Shown here: positions 24,544 through 38,100 of the stretch, in pieces
Layout: each line of letters opens with the position of its first letter
Position numbering within the stretch: the first letter of the stretch is position 1
NCBI GenBank assembly: GCA_951406725.2
Contig: OX597833.1
Coordinates: 43,896,001-43,960,000 of the forward strand
DNA: 64,000 nucleotides
Source of the DNA: Octopus vulgaris
Lineage: Eukaryota
Direction of reading: 5' to 3'
Program-made: the position numbers and the translations under genes
The notes under the pieces: model-generated
What the model was told of the DNA's origin: nothing
Databases searched by the model: none
What the model saw: only the letters and a program-made list of their open reading frames with translations

Positions 24544-26457
24544 CTTTGGAAGGAGTTATAAATATTAACTCTTTAGCCTACCATCTTGTAGTTTCTCTCT
24601 TAGTTAATCATATCTTTCAGCCTACTCTTAAAGCAAAACCATTATATCTACACTTGGATAATGAAAATAAAACTTTTACTGTTTCTAATGGAAATCTATT
24701 TATAACCTTTTCTGAACTATATCATTAATTTTAAATATAGCTTCTACCCTTTTCAGATCAAGATTTGTATACATATCGTAGGAAAAATCATACAAATGCA
24801 CGAGTCGAACTACTACTATAATATTTTGCAGCTTTCTTAATAATTCGCACACTAGACTCATTACTCCAAAACGAGCTGCTGCTCGAATCGTATAATTCCT
24901 TTGCAATAACTCATAAAGGACGACCTTTTTTGTTTGTCTCATTGGTTCTACCATTAGTAAAACGACAGTTTTACTAATGGTAATATGGACAGTTGTTTAT
25001 TGGTATACTTTCTGGCACTCACAATAAATCTATTCTTATATGGGACGTTATAAAAGTTTTTAATCTGTCCCACCTCCACCTCGCAAAAAATTACTTTGGA
25101 ATAACTTTGTCCTTCTCTTCTACGCTGATGAAATGACTCACATCAGGCATTAACTTCCTTATCAAATCATTCATACTGCCAGATAATACCATTGATTGGT
25201 GTTCTTTTACAAATAATTACAAAATTCGCTTCAGCCTATTCCGTTGGTACTATAATGTGGCTTAGTGGTTAGGGCATTCGGCTCGTGATTGTAAGGTCTG
25301 AGTTCAATTCCCGGCGACGCGTTGTGTCCTTGAGCAAGTCACGTTGAGTAGTACCTGTATTTCAAAGGGCCGGCCTTGTCACACTCTGTGTCACGCTAAA
25401 TCTCCCTGAGAACAACGTTAGGAGTACGTGTGTCTGTGGATTGCTCAGTCACTTGCACGTTAATTTCACAAGCAAGCTGTTCCGTTGATCGTATCAGCTG
25501 GGACCCTCATCGTCGTAACCGACGGAGTCCTCCTATAATGTATTTACCTTGCAATACCTTAATATATTACTTAAGTTCCCGCTTACTAAAATCTGATCCT
25601 TCTCCTATCATCTATTTCATCCTTCTAACTCTTTCCAATGATAATCCAGTTATTCGTTTCCTCCAGTTTCCAAAATTTTCCATTATAACTTGGTTTTTAA
25701 GATTTACCCTAAATATAAACTCGACAACCTATTTGAAGATAACCTCCTCTAATTCTTATCTTACCCGGTTCCCTGCATTTGGTATCTTGCTCATTCATTC
25801 ATGCATTCATTCATTCATTCATTCATTCATTCATCATTCACTTTCCATGGTGACACGGGTTGGATGGTTTGACGGGAGCTGGCCAGTTGAAGACCTGCCC
25901 AGGCTCTATTTTGTCTGTTTTGGTATGGTTTCTGCAGCTGGGTGCCCTTTCTGATGCCAACCGCTTTACAGAGTGTACTGAGTGCTTTTTATGTGGGACA
26001 ATTATCCTTTTTAAATACTCATTTGTAATATTTAAATCCCACGTATAAACATATCCCACCCCAAAGTAGCAGAACTGGGACTTTACACAATAAAAATTTC
26101 TCAGGCAAGTGCTTCCGAAGCCTTTCAAGTTCCACAGACATTTGCTATAATTAAATAACCTTTCACCTATAGTGCGACCAAGTTTATAACTAATGCATGC
26201 ATTTGTACTCTTAGCGTATATACATACATTCACACACTCATAAATACATATATGTATACACACATATATACGTATATATACATACAGTATGCATACATAA
26301 ATACGTATTTGTATATATATATATATATATATATATATACAAGCATCCCAAAAATATATATACGCAGAGAAGCTATACAATAGCGTCGTATTTATTACGA
26401 TTGATATTTTCCAGTAAATATTGGTGCCTTGTTATACCATTTATCTACTTTTATACG

Positions 26458-26496
<39 letters not shown>

Positions 26497-26693
26497 GTAT
26501 ATATATGTATATATATGTATATATATGTATATATATGTATATATACGTACATATATGTATATATACATACATATATGTATACATACGTACATACATACAT
26601 ATATATATATATATATACTTACATATATGTATACATACGTACATACATATATACATATATGTACATACATATATATGCATACATATACATATA

Positions 26694-26736
<43 letters not shown>

Positions 26737-26744
26737 CTATATAT

Positions 26745-27144
26745 ATATGTACGGTGCTTGGTCACTTCAAACGAACTTTCGCAAGCATGATGGGGGAGAA
26801 TGTTAGTAGTTATTTAGTTGGCGGACATTGGCTGATGAGAAATCACACGCCTAGGTGGCGCTAAATTTCGGAACCGGTACCAGGCTGACCAGCATTTACT
26901 TGTTCTGACCCATTTGAGGTAAGTCATTATTATTGTTCACTGATATTTTTCCTATCTTGTCTGATTTGTGACTATTCGGTGGTACAGAAGTATTTTTTGA
27001 CTTCTATCATTAGCGGTATAGGTACTCATGTAGTACCCTTGTGTATATATGTACATATCTAATGTTGTATGTATATATTTTATTAATTTGCCTGTACGGC
27101 TGATAATTCGCTTACCACTTGTGATGGTATTTTAATAATACCAT

Positions 27145-27150
<6 letters not shown>
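26745..27150 (+). mobile_element. PLE-like terminal repeat fragment
   Basis: Contains a hammerhead motif; 26943-27150 is near-identical to 4820-5030. Confidence 0.6.
26829..26882 (+). ncRNA. Hammerhead motif with one core substitution (GAAA to GGAA)
   Basis: UGG-CUGAUGA-GAAAU...AUUUC-GGAAC-cg-GUA-CCA; palindromic ACCGGU in stem III. Confidence 0.6.
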
Positions 27151-27211
<61 letters not shown>

Positions 27212-27408
27212 CATATATACACACACACACATATATATATACATACATATATACACACACACACATATATATATACATACATATATACATACACACACAC
27301 ACACATATATATATATACATACATATATACACACACACACATATATATATATACATACATATATACATACACACACACATATATATATATATACATACAC
27401 ACACACAG

Positions 27409-27443
<35 letters not shown>

Positions 27444-27520
27444 CATACATATATACATACATATACATACATATATACATACACACACACATATATATAT
27501 ATATACATACATATATACAT

Positions 27521-27567
<47 letters not shown>

Positions 27568-27638
27568 TATATACATACACACATACATATATACATACAC
27601 ACACACACATATATATATATACACATACATATATACAT

Positions 27639-27669
<31 letters not shown>

Positions 27670-27694
27670 CACATACATATATACATACACACAC

Positions 27695-27773
<79 letters not shown>

Positions 27774-27944
27774 ATCATTTTTTTAGAAAAACATAAATTC
27801 GTGGAAGAAGCACACTCAACTGCCCTAACAACAAATTTTTCGGCAAATTTAGGGTATGTAAATCGTAATTTGAATTTAACGTACAATAGCGTCTTATAAA
27901 GTGAGATTTATACATCCTAAATTTGCAGAAGAATTTGTTATTGC

Positions 27945-28017
27945 AGCAGTTTAGCTTAAAGGTAGAGCACTGTGACGCGTAATCACAGGAGTGTGTGTTC
28001 GAGTTTCATGGCTGTCT
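27945..28017 (+). pseudogene. tRNA-like sequence (Thr-CGT-like), probably a pseudogene or SINE head
   Basis: 73 nt; D-arm TAGCTTAAAGGTAGAGCA, anticodon arm CTGTGA-cgCGTaa-TCACAG, T-loop GTTCGAGT; acceptor and T stems carry mismatches. Confidence 0.55.
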
Positions 28018-28915
28018 CCCGACACATTTTCTGCAAAATATGGATTGTTTATCCTGTTCATGCTATTTTATTAGTATTATCCTGGGCACGAGAATAAAGA
28101 ATTACTTCTTTAATATGTGTTGGAACACCTACATTGCTAGAAATAAGAGCTGACGAGCTCTGTTGCTGCTGTGAACGCACAAACACCATCAGTCATATTT
28201 AATGACAACTATTGTCTTCCTTTTTGGTGAAACTCTGCTAACTAGCTGCCTAATTTAATTAATATATAATATAACTAATTCTAAGTGAATTACACTATTT
28301 TATAACCAAAAGTTAATAATTAAAAGACTCCATACGTATTAAATATTCGTTATCCTTACTTACTTTAATGTTAAACTTATACCAGTAATTTAATAGATAA
28401 TACTAAAATATCCGTATTAAATCAGAAACTAATAAAAGAATATCTATAATTATCAATTAATAATAAAAAAAACCTTGTTACGATTAACGCTAAATATATA
28501 ATTGCTTAAAAGATTAAATAAAATATAAAGTTTTTTTAGTTGCTTTTTTCAGAAAGGTGTATTCCTGCAGCTCATTAGAAAAGCTCATATAAACAGATAA
28601 TCTCGTCATGATCATATCTTGCGTTCACCCAGATGTCCATACCACACTGACGGATCGAACTTGCATTGCGCTGCTACCATCTTGAAGATTCTGATATGAA
28701 TCTCTACAATAATTTTCTGCTGAAGGTCACCTCTCGGTCAGAAATATCAGACACGTATCGGCTTGAAAAATAAATAATAATTGGATATACTGTCTTTGCT
28801 CTTTCCATTGACATAGTGGCCAAGTTAACCGAGTTAGAATGTAGAGACCTTAATCAAATCCCGCGCCCAGCAGCCAAAGATGAGTATTTATGGACGACCT
28901 TAACATAAAAACAAC

Positions 28916-29271
28916 GGATCTTTTCGGTTTGAACGGCAGTTTTTTCTAGCGGTGTCATATGAAATTGTCACCCATAATTATGACCCTAGAATCGATCTAT
29001 TGCATTTCAATCTCTTTTAGGGTTAGGGGTGGGGGAAAGGTATCTTTTTTTCTTTACAAATGTAAATAAACCCAATCTGTTTCTTAAACGAGGGACATAT
29101 TCATATAGCACAGAATGCTTTTTAACTCAATAGACGTCACTAACTGGTTGAAATTGCAGAAATTGAAGAAAAAAAACCAACAAATATCTTACAAACTATA
29201 GAATTTTCGCAATAAAGCCAAGAGAAAAAGATGTTTTATAAACACATTCTACCAGTAAACGAAGTTTAAAA
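28916..29271 (+). mobile_element. TTAGGG-containing MITE, 3'-truncated copy
   Basis: Left TIR and body align to 17011-17390. Confidence 0.8.
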
Positions 29272-29432
29272 TTTGTACTCATAAATATTGCCTGCGCGCT
29301 CACGCACACACACATGCATACACACATTTATATAATATGTTTTCAATAACAAAAGTCAATAAGCAGAAACTGAATAAAGCACTGAATATAAGTTGCTGAG
29401 TTAAATATTTATTTCTCGGAATCTGTGATTTG

Positions 29433-29474
29433 ACTGTAACTTGGAAATTTCGCAGAAGGTGCTTATCAGACAGT
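29433..29474 (-). ncRNA. Degenerate hammerhead motif (duplication copy 1)
   Basis: ACUGU-CUGAUAA-GCA(ccuuc)UGC-GAAAU-uuccaa-GUU-ACAGU: stems I and II perfect, G8 changed to A. Confidence 0.5.
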
Positions 29475-30208
29475 AACCTGCAAAAAGGAAAGCGTTGTCA
29501 AATTAGAAAGAAACAATGTATGTATGTATGTATGTATGTATGTATGTATGTATGTATGTATGTATGTATGTATGTATGTATGTATGTATGTATGTATGTA
29601 TGTATGTATGTATTTGACTTCAGCCAGCACTTGACAACCGGTGTTGCTTGTATACGGTCTCATAACATAGCGGTTCAGCAAAAGCAACCTATTTCTTTAT
29701 TACCCACAAGGGGCTAAACATAGAGGGGACAAACAAAGACAGACATAGGTATTAAGTCGATTACATCGACCCCAGTGCGTAACTGGTACTTAATTTATCG
29801 ACCCCGAAAGGATGAAAGGCAAAGTCGACCTCGGCGGAATTTGAACTCACAACGTAACGGCAGACGAAATACCGCTAAGCATTTCGCCCGACGTGCTAAC
29901 GTTTCTGCCAGCTCTCCGCCTTTCTGCCAGCTCTCCGTTCAGCAAAAGCAACCGACAGAATAAGTACCAGACTTAAAGATGAGTAGTGAGGTGTATTTGT
30001 TTGATATTTCAAGGTTATGGCCAAGCATGGTCACAGACTGAAACCAGTGAAGGATCTACAAAATGATGGGATGTCCACTGCTCGAATGCTTTTCCCGATG
30101 AATGCTAATCTGGACGTTATAGAACGATGATGACAACAAGACATCATTGAGATTTCAAAAACAGTAAGCAATGCAATAAGCACAAACTAAATCAATAATA
30201 TTTTACAT

Positions 30209-30595
30209 AGGCGCAGGAGTGGCTTTGTGGTAAGTAGCTTGCTTACCAACCACATGGTTCCGGGTTCAGTCCCACTGCGTGGCATCTTGGGCAAGTGTCT
30301 TCTGCTGTAGCCTCGGTCCGACCAATGCCTTGTGAGTGGATTTGGTAGACGGAAACTGAAAGAGGCCTGTCGTATATATGTATATATGTATGTGTGTGTC
30401 TGTGTTTGTCCCCCTAGTATTGCTTGACAACCGATGCTGGTGTGTTTATGTCCCTGTTACTTAGCGGTTCGGCAAAAAGAGATCGATAGAATAAGTACTG
30501 GGCTTACAAAGAATAAGTCCCGGGGTCGATTTGCTCGACTAAAGGCGGTGCTCCGGCATGGCCGCAGTCAAATGACTGAAACAAGTAAAAGAGTA
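30209..30595 (+). mobile_element. tRNA-derived SINE (octopus OR-type); representative copy
   Basis: Head GGCGCAGGAGTGGCT..GGTTCAGTCCC, central microsatellite, tail AAATGACTGAAACAAGTAAAAGAG. Other copies at ~33838-34235, 36400-36812, 42133-42577 (+) and 39885-40310, 50095-50855, 20295-20690 (-). Confidence 0.85.
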
Positions 30596-31717
30596 TAGAG
30601 ATAAAAAAAAAATCACAGGGAAGAAAATGAAAAACAAACTAACCTGGTTGATTCTTTTATTTTTGTTTTGAGCTCCTTAACGTAGATTGCTAATAGAAAG
30701 CAGGAATGTTGCAAATGTTAAAATCTTAGTAATATTTGCATCATACAGTTTTTCTGTAATAGAAAGAAACAAAATATTTCATTATAATTTTGTTACAAAG
30801 CCAGAAATTTTAGGGAAGGGGGAAATCTATTACGTCCACTCCAGTGCTCAACTCGTACTTATTTTATCGACCCCCGAAAGGATGAAAAGCCGAGTCAACT
30901 TCAGCGGGGTTTGATTTCGGAAAGTAAAGCCGAACAAAATGCTGTTATGCATTTTTTTTTCCTGCGTGCTCACGTTTCTGCCAGAACTCCGCTTCAGAAA
31001 AAAATTATCAAGGATATTGGGAATTTACATAAACATGTGTAAAAAATGAAAAAAAAACCCAAAAAAACTATAACAACAGGAAAATTATGGCAACCGAGTA
31101 ACCCTACAGATCTTGAGTCACCTTGCTCACCATGGTAAATGCTTCGGCAGGATGCCCGAGACGCCAGCCTAAGACGCCGTCAGCCCGGCGGCAGGCCGCC
31201 GCCTTCACGCCATCTTGCTTTCCCCGTTCGTCCACGCGCCGCGGGGCCGTTAGCGGCAGGCTTGCGCCGGTCGCTCGTTCCTCCGCCGCGCTACCGTGCC
31301 CGAAATAGAAAGAACGAACCTAAGCTCGCGGTATGGCCATTTTAGCTATATTCATCCACCGTCCAATAAATGTGCCGGGAAGAAGTACCTCTCTCTCCAG
31401 AGTTCAACTTTCCGATCGTTCATATCGCATGTCAACATTGATTTGCGTCACGATTTTTTTATTTTACTTACAGAACGGCGATACGTTCGTGTCTATTTCT
31501 GGATATTAACACTTTTAAGACTTTAACCGACAAAGATTTACACAGGAGTGCGCCTAAGGACATATGGACTAACATCTACACGATCGAAAAGTTGAACTGT
31601 GATCTTTTATGCTTCTTTTTACTTCACTTTCTTCTTTTTCTTCATCTCCTTATTGCTTTTCTCCTCTTCTCTATGTCACCATTTCATTAATCTATACCCT
31701 TCTCATTTTTCCTATTT

Positions 31718-31773
31718 GTCTCCGATGACAGAATATCCCATTCTCTTGGCTAACCCAGAAACAGCTGTAAGAC
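31718..31773 (+). ncRNA. Degenerate hammerhead motif (CCGAUGA core, poor stem II)
   Basis: GUCU-CCGAUGA-...-GAAAC-agcu-GUA-AGAC; same stem III palindrome as the 48638 copy. Confidence 0.55.
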
Positions 31774-32020
31774 TTAGAATTTTTCCATTAATAATAACGT
31801 ATATGACTTGAGATGTTTGTCTTGCCTTAACATTTGTTGTCCTCTTTAACAATTATATATCCACTATATCGGAAATCTACAATGGTTCCATAACTCACGT
31901 CTCGGCTATAATATTCGAACCCTGGTAATCTGTTACAGGTCTAACCCAGCGTAACTAGTCGGTTAGATCACCTGTAAATTAAATCCCCATATTTTGTATA
32001 TATATATATATATATATATA

Positions 32021-32220
32021 TGTTACAATTACTCAATAGTCAAGATAAAACTCTGAGTTTCAGATGCCGAAGTGGAAATCTACAACACCATCTCTTCGGT
32101 TATCTGGCCATCTGAAAAACCTTTTTCAGATGGCCAGATAACCGAAGAGATGGTGTTGTGGATCTCCACTTCGGCATCTGAAACTCAGAGTTTTATCTTG
32201 ACTATTGAGTAATTGTAACA
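32021..32220. repeat. Near-perfect 200-bp palindrome
   Basis: Arms of ~99 bp with 2 mismatches and a 2-nt centre (CC at 32120-32121). Confidence 0.95.
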
Positions 32221-32306
32221 TATTATTTTATAGATAAATTTCCTCTATTTACATAATATTGAGGTCTCTTTCTTTCTTTTGTTATCTTACCGTTTTTACC
32301 AATATA

Positions 32307-32351
<45 letters not shown>

Positions 32352-33027
32352 GGGGTTGTGTGGGGAAGAGAGAGAGAGAGGGTGCATGTGTGTGTATACA
32401 TGTATGTATGAATGTGTCTTCGTGTTTGTTCCCCTACACACACGTAACTTATCAGTTCAGCAATAAAGAACGATAGAATAAGTTCCAGTCACGATTTGTT
32501 CAACGGAAACCATTTAAGGCCATGGTCCAGCATGCTCTCAGTCCAATAGTTGCAAGAAGCAAAAGTTAAAGTATATAAGATACCTGCATTAGCTGTTTGT
32601 GGGAGATAGTCTTTCAGCCAGTCTAGAAAGAAAAAAATTAAAAACAAAACTATAATATATAAACATTATAATTAAGGATTTATCTTAGTTTCCAGTGGAG
32701 TTTTTAAAATCCAAATTAGAAAGCGAAATCAAAGCAAAATAGGTATATATATATATATATATATATATGACTCGAGCAACAACCGAAAAGTATGACCAAA
32801 ATTCGATCTTGAACATAAATTCAATCAATAATTTTGTGTTGTTGTTTTATATAAATCTTTAATAATTGCATTGTAAAGATTTTCTTTGTAGAAGGTATTT
32901 TAAAAATTTATTTGTGAATTTATTCGCCGCGCTATATTTTCATACTGCTAGCTCCTCAACTCTGAAATATGAACTGGTACTTATTCTATGTCAACCAGAC
33001 AAACTGAAGTACTGTCGTGAAGTAGTG

Positions 33028-33457
33028 GGTTTTTTTCGGTTTGAACGGCAGTTTTTAACATAATTTCTAGGTAACTAAAAAATTTAAACTTCGTATACTG
33101 GTAGAATGTGTTTATAAAACATCTTTTTCTCTTGGCTTTATTGAGAAAATTCTATAGTTTGTAAGATATTTGTTGTTGTTTTTCTTCAATTTCTGCAATT
33201 TCAACCGATCAAATACGTCTGAGGTAAAAAAGCATTCTGTGCCGTATGAATATGTCCCTCGTTTAAGAAACACATTGGGTTTATTTACATTTGTGAAGAA
33301 AAAAAGATACCCTTCCCCCCACCCCTAACCCTAACCCTAATTAACCCTAACCATAAAATAGATTGAAATGTAATAGATCGATACTAGGGTCATAATTATG
33401 AGTGACAATTTTATATGACACCGCTAGAAAAAACTGCCGTTCAAACCGAAAAGATCC
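33028..33457 (-). mobile_element. TTAGGG-containing MITE copy
   Basis: Both TIRs recognisable; CCCTAA repeats at ~33323-33350. Confidence 0.85.
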
Positions 33458-35023
33458 CAGACATGTTTTAAATATTAACCAGAGTTACACAAAATTTTTA
33501 ATATGTTGTATTTGGAGGAATATTTAATTGGATGGTTTTCCACTTACTTTATTTAGTAGAACGTCATCGTCCAATGTAACTTCCTTTTACCAAGACAAGA
33601 GAACGGGATTTTTCAGAAAGGTTTACCTGCTTTTTATCACTTAGAAACTTGTTCGTGATGTAGTGGTTACAGCATGAGTTCGAATTACACCGAAGTCATC
33701 TTTTCACTTTTCTCTTGCTGTTTAATTTCAGGTCTATCTGCTCAAACAGACCTGTGGTCAACCTCATCGTGACATTGACGAGCATAACAAATAGTACGCT
33801 TGACCACGACAACAGCAATATCATTAAATATTAATCAGGCGCAGGAGTGGCTGTGTGGTAACTAGCTTGTTTACCAACCACATGGTTCCGGGTTCAGTCC
33901 CACTGCGTGGCACCTTGGGCAAGTGTCTTCTACTGTAGCCTCGGGCCGACTAAAGCCTTGTGAGTGGATTTGGTAGACGGAAACTGAAAGAAGCCCGTCG
34001 TATATATGTATATATGTATATGTATGTGCGTGTTTGTGCGTCTGTGTTTGTCCCCCTAGCATTGCTGGTGTGTTTACGTCCCCGTTACTTAGCGGTTCGG
34101 CAAAAAGAGACCAATAGAATAAGTACTGGGCTTACAAAAGAATAAGTCCCGGGGTCGAGTTGCTCGATTAAAGGCGGTGCTCTAGCATGGCCGCAGTCAA
34201 ATGACTGAAACAAGTAAAAGAGAGAGAAAGAGAGAAATAACTACGTACATAGCAAAATGATACATATCATACTAAGCAAACTCAATCGTTCGAAAGCATT
34301 GTTTCAAAGATTCATTGTTCTCAAAAAAAAAAATAATAATAAATAAAGCTTAGTGACATTTTGTTCCAAGGGATGGTAGCTGTCTTTGTTTTATCTTAGA
34401 AAGATTTGGAGACAGTACAGGCTGTCACACGAATTGTTATATTGTGAGAGAGAGGGTGTACAACACCATTTTTGTGTTATCTTTAGAAAAAAAGTATGTG
34501 GCAATGCACAGAACCAGAATCACCATCAAGGACATTGTTGACGGCATCGAAACCTAGCTCATAGTTACCTTCGTTAAACAATATAAGTACGTTGATCTTT
34601 GCCGACTTAAATTTCGGTGATATACGGTCAGAAGTAATTTCTCAGAAATTCGCATTATCACAAAATAAAATCAGATTTGCGTCTTGCAGAAAATGATGAT
34701 AAAAAGACATTGAAGTTCACCATTTTGGGCAGAGAGATCAGTTAATAAACACATGGTAGATAGAGAAACTTGAGAGATTTCTGTAAACAAAACCAACAGC
34801 TACAAATCATGGATGATGCTGGTCCTATGGTTGTACAAAACACAAGTGCACCTCCAATGAAGAGAAGACGCTCTACTCTGAGATACCAATCTCTTATGAA
34901 AGAGCCCATCCCACGTGAAGAATACATACTGGGTGAGAAAGACCCATCTTATGTGAGAGACGAAATATACTATACATATTTATGTATATGTGTGTGTTTG
35001 TGCGTGTGCATTGGTGCGAGTTG

Positions 35024-35054
<31 letters not shown>

Positions 35055-35279
35055 TGTACGTATGTATAAAGAGAAAGTCCTCTTCTCTGCGCTTGTCCGA
35101 GACTTTTCCGTTACAATTCCCACCATAAGGTAGATTTTATTCAGCCCATAAAAAATGGAATGTATTTGGTTAATGCATGGCACTTACAAGAAGCAGCTAC
35201 TTATGTCAATTAAATGTATTCAGAATCGTAAAAAGCAAATATATAGACTTGGTTAATCATAATAATATAGCTGACAAGG

Positions 35280-37030
35280 ACAAATATACTCGTGAAGAAA
35301 ACCGTGGTTGGATGCACAAATTCATTGGAAGGTATAACTTAACCAGAAATATTGTTCCAAGAGAAGCGGCATCTGTAGACAAGGAGGCTGCACCGTGTTA
35401 ACCTGAAGAATTTCGTGGTGGCTGGGGGTAGTTATCTACCTCATCAACTTTTTAACGCAGACAGAACAGCCCACTATTGAAAAAATGCTGCGTAGCTAAA
35501 GAGAACAAAGTTTTTCAATCCGGTTTTAAAACAGCAGAGACTGAGTGCTTATACAGTTCTGTGTTGACAACACCAGAAGCTTTATTACTAGACCGCTATT
35601 AATACACCGTTCCACTCGACCTCGTCCTTCCAGTCAAGAACGTGAGCACTTTAGTTTACGTGGCCACTGGCGTTCAAAAGAATATGGGTGGCTGACTAAA
35701 TTGATCTTTGAAAAGTGGTCAATGACCCACTCCTGTGTTGATGTGAAACATTATTGTCCGGCAAAGTACACTTCTTTTAAAATAATGTGTGAGACAACTT
35801 TTCTGACCACGCTACACGCTTAAATGAACTCCAAAACTAAATCAAAAGTAATTTGTTCAGCGCCAAGCACCACATTTTGCTATACAGCAAGGAGTAAAGG
35901 CCACGTTTAAGCTACTTCATCTTCCCCTTATCTTTNNNNNNNNNNNNNNNNNNNNNNNNNNNNNNNNNNNNNNNNNNNNNNNNNNNNNNNNNNNNNNNNN
36001 NNNNNNNNNNNNNNNNNNNNNNNNNNNNNNNNNNNCTTTGAGGTCATGATAGAGAAGGCACTGGTAACTGATAAAGAACTCACTGTGCAGCATTATTGGA
36101 CACAGTCAAACAGTCTTCATAGTGTTCACTTCATCGGCAACACCTGGTCCGATGTAAATTGAGCTTGCCTTTTGAATGACTGACGCAGATTCAGACTTCT
36201 TTAAGTTTCAAAAGGATCACATGACTAGAGTCCTGAATAGGCCAAGAACATTAGCTGGTGATTTTTTGCAGGAGCTAGGGCAAAAAGGGGTGCATGTTGT
36301 ATGCTTCTGAACGTGAAAATTTCAGACAAAAGTTTTGGTATTCGTCGACATGGAGCAGAATGATATGGCTATAGAAAACGAAATGAAGATTATGAACGTG
36401 GCGCAGGAGTGGCTGTGTGGTAAGTAGCTTGCTTACCAACCACACGGTTCCGGGTTCAGTCCCACTGCGTGGCATCATGGGCAAGTGTCTTCTACTATAG
36501 CCTCGGGCCGATCAAAGCCTTGTGAGTGGATTTGGTAGACGGAAACTGAAAGAAGCCCGTCGTATATATATATATGTATATATATGTGTGTGTGTGTGTT
36601 TATGTATCTGTATTTGTCCCCCCCCCCCAACATCGCTTGACAACCGATGCTGGTGTGTTTAGGTCCCCGTAACTTAGCGCTTCGGCAAAAGAGACCGATA
36701 GGATAAGTACTAGGCTTACAAAGAATAAGTCCTGGTGTCGATTTGCTCGACTAAAAGGCGGTGCTCCAGCATGGCCGCAGTCAAATGACTGAAACAAGTA
36801 AAAGAGAGAGAAGAAGAACGTGCAGAACTTCACGTAGCATAAACCATGTCAAACCTAAAGAATAAGAAAAGGTAAATAATAACCCTCTATTAGCAGTTGA
36901 CTGAACACCTGCATGAAGGAGACACACTTTTTGAGAGATCGAAGTCTGTGATTGTCATTTCAGCTCTTGGTGTTACACCCTGCTACGAAATTTATGAGGA
37001 ACAACAAACATCAGATAGGCAGTCAATGAT
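35280..37030 (+). mobile_element. Tigger/pogo-like transposase remnant, interrupted by a gap and a SINE
   Basis: Fragments RGWMHKFIGRYNL..REAASVDKEAA, QLFNAD, RPLLIHRSTRPR, HWRSKEYGWLTKLIFEKW. Confidence 0.65.
35936..36035. other. Assembly gap (100 N)
   Basis: Run of exactly 100 N, i.e. a placeholder of unknown true size. Confidence 0.99.
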
Positions 37031-37239
37031 TAACTACTTTTCTCAGTAGTTTTTCTAATTCTCCAGCACCACTGCCAGCTCCTTCATCTAGATCGCAGCA
37101 AGTAAAACCAGTAACCGGCCATTCTAACCCTCATGTTAGTGACTATGACTTTCCAGGCATTCCCTCTCTACAGCAATCTCTATGAACTAGAGATAATAAC
37201 GACGCTATAATAAATAGTTCCAAATGGGTTACACACACA

Positions 37240-37283
<44 letters not shown>

Positions 37284-37405
37284 TACATACATACATACAT
37301 ATGAAAAAATCGCAAAGCCTGAAACCGGTACTAAAATGTTCATGCTAAAATTATTTTAGCATTTTCTACCTTGTCTTATATTCCTTATACATATCAACCT
37401 TCTAC

Positions 37406-37554
<149 letters not shown>

Positions 37555-37785
37555 CAGACAGATACATATTAGGGGGAGAAGGTAAGGTATTACAGGTCAG
37601 TAATAAAGTCTAGTTTTTTTGTAGTAAGAGCTTCATGAACAGATTCCTAGGTGGAGTTATTTATCTGAGTGAAGTCTATAGGTAACGCTTAACCGAATAA
37701 AGAGTATAGAGTCAACAGATGCGATGCAGAGCTCCTCAATATGGAAAACACTTTGCGCTCAAATAATTTGAACTAATACTCCGAA

Positions 37786-37833
<48 letters not shown>

Positions 37834-38015
37834 ATGTTTCCTATACTGAGCATCTCTGGATCGCATCTACTGACTGTATACCCTTTTACTCGACTGAGCG
37901 CTACCTATAGATCATATTCCTGGATAAAATATTCTTGGGCACATCTACAAAGAATATCTCAATTCCACGAGGGGATTTCTACATGGAGCTCTTACTACAT
38001 GAAAACTAACGACCT

Positions 38016-38100
<85 letters not shown>

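Noticed and set aside
20211-24965. 34-bp direct repeat (TTGTTTGTCTCATTGGTTCTACCATTAGTAAAAC) on both sides of MORN2 as a retrocopy TSD
   Set aside because: Too long and too far from the ORF ends; more likely two fragments of a dispersed repeat.
28716-28751. Possible hammerhead CTGAAGG...GAAATATC (also lone CTGAnGA at ~7332, 25125, 28150 and 51006)
   Set aside because: Core or stems are incomplete; not distinguishable from chance.
34480-35024. ORF 34770-35024 with an NLS-like PPMKRRR
   Set aside because: No recognisable domain or convincing splice sites, and it runs into a microsatellite; possibly a DNA-transposon N-terminal relic, but unsupported.
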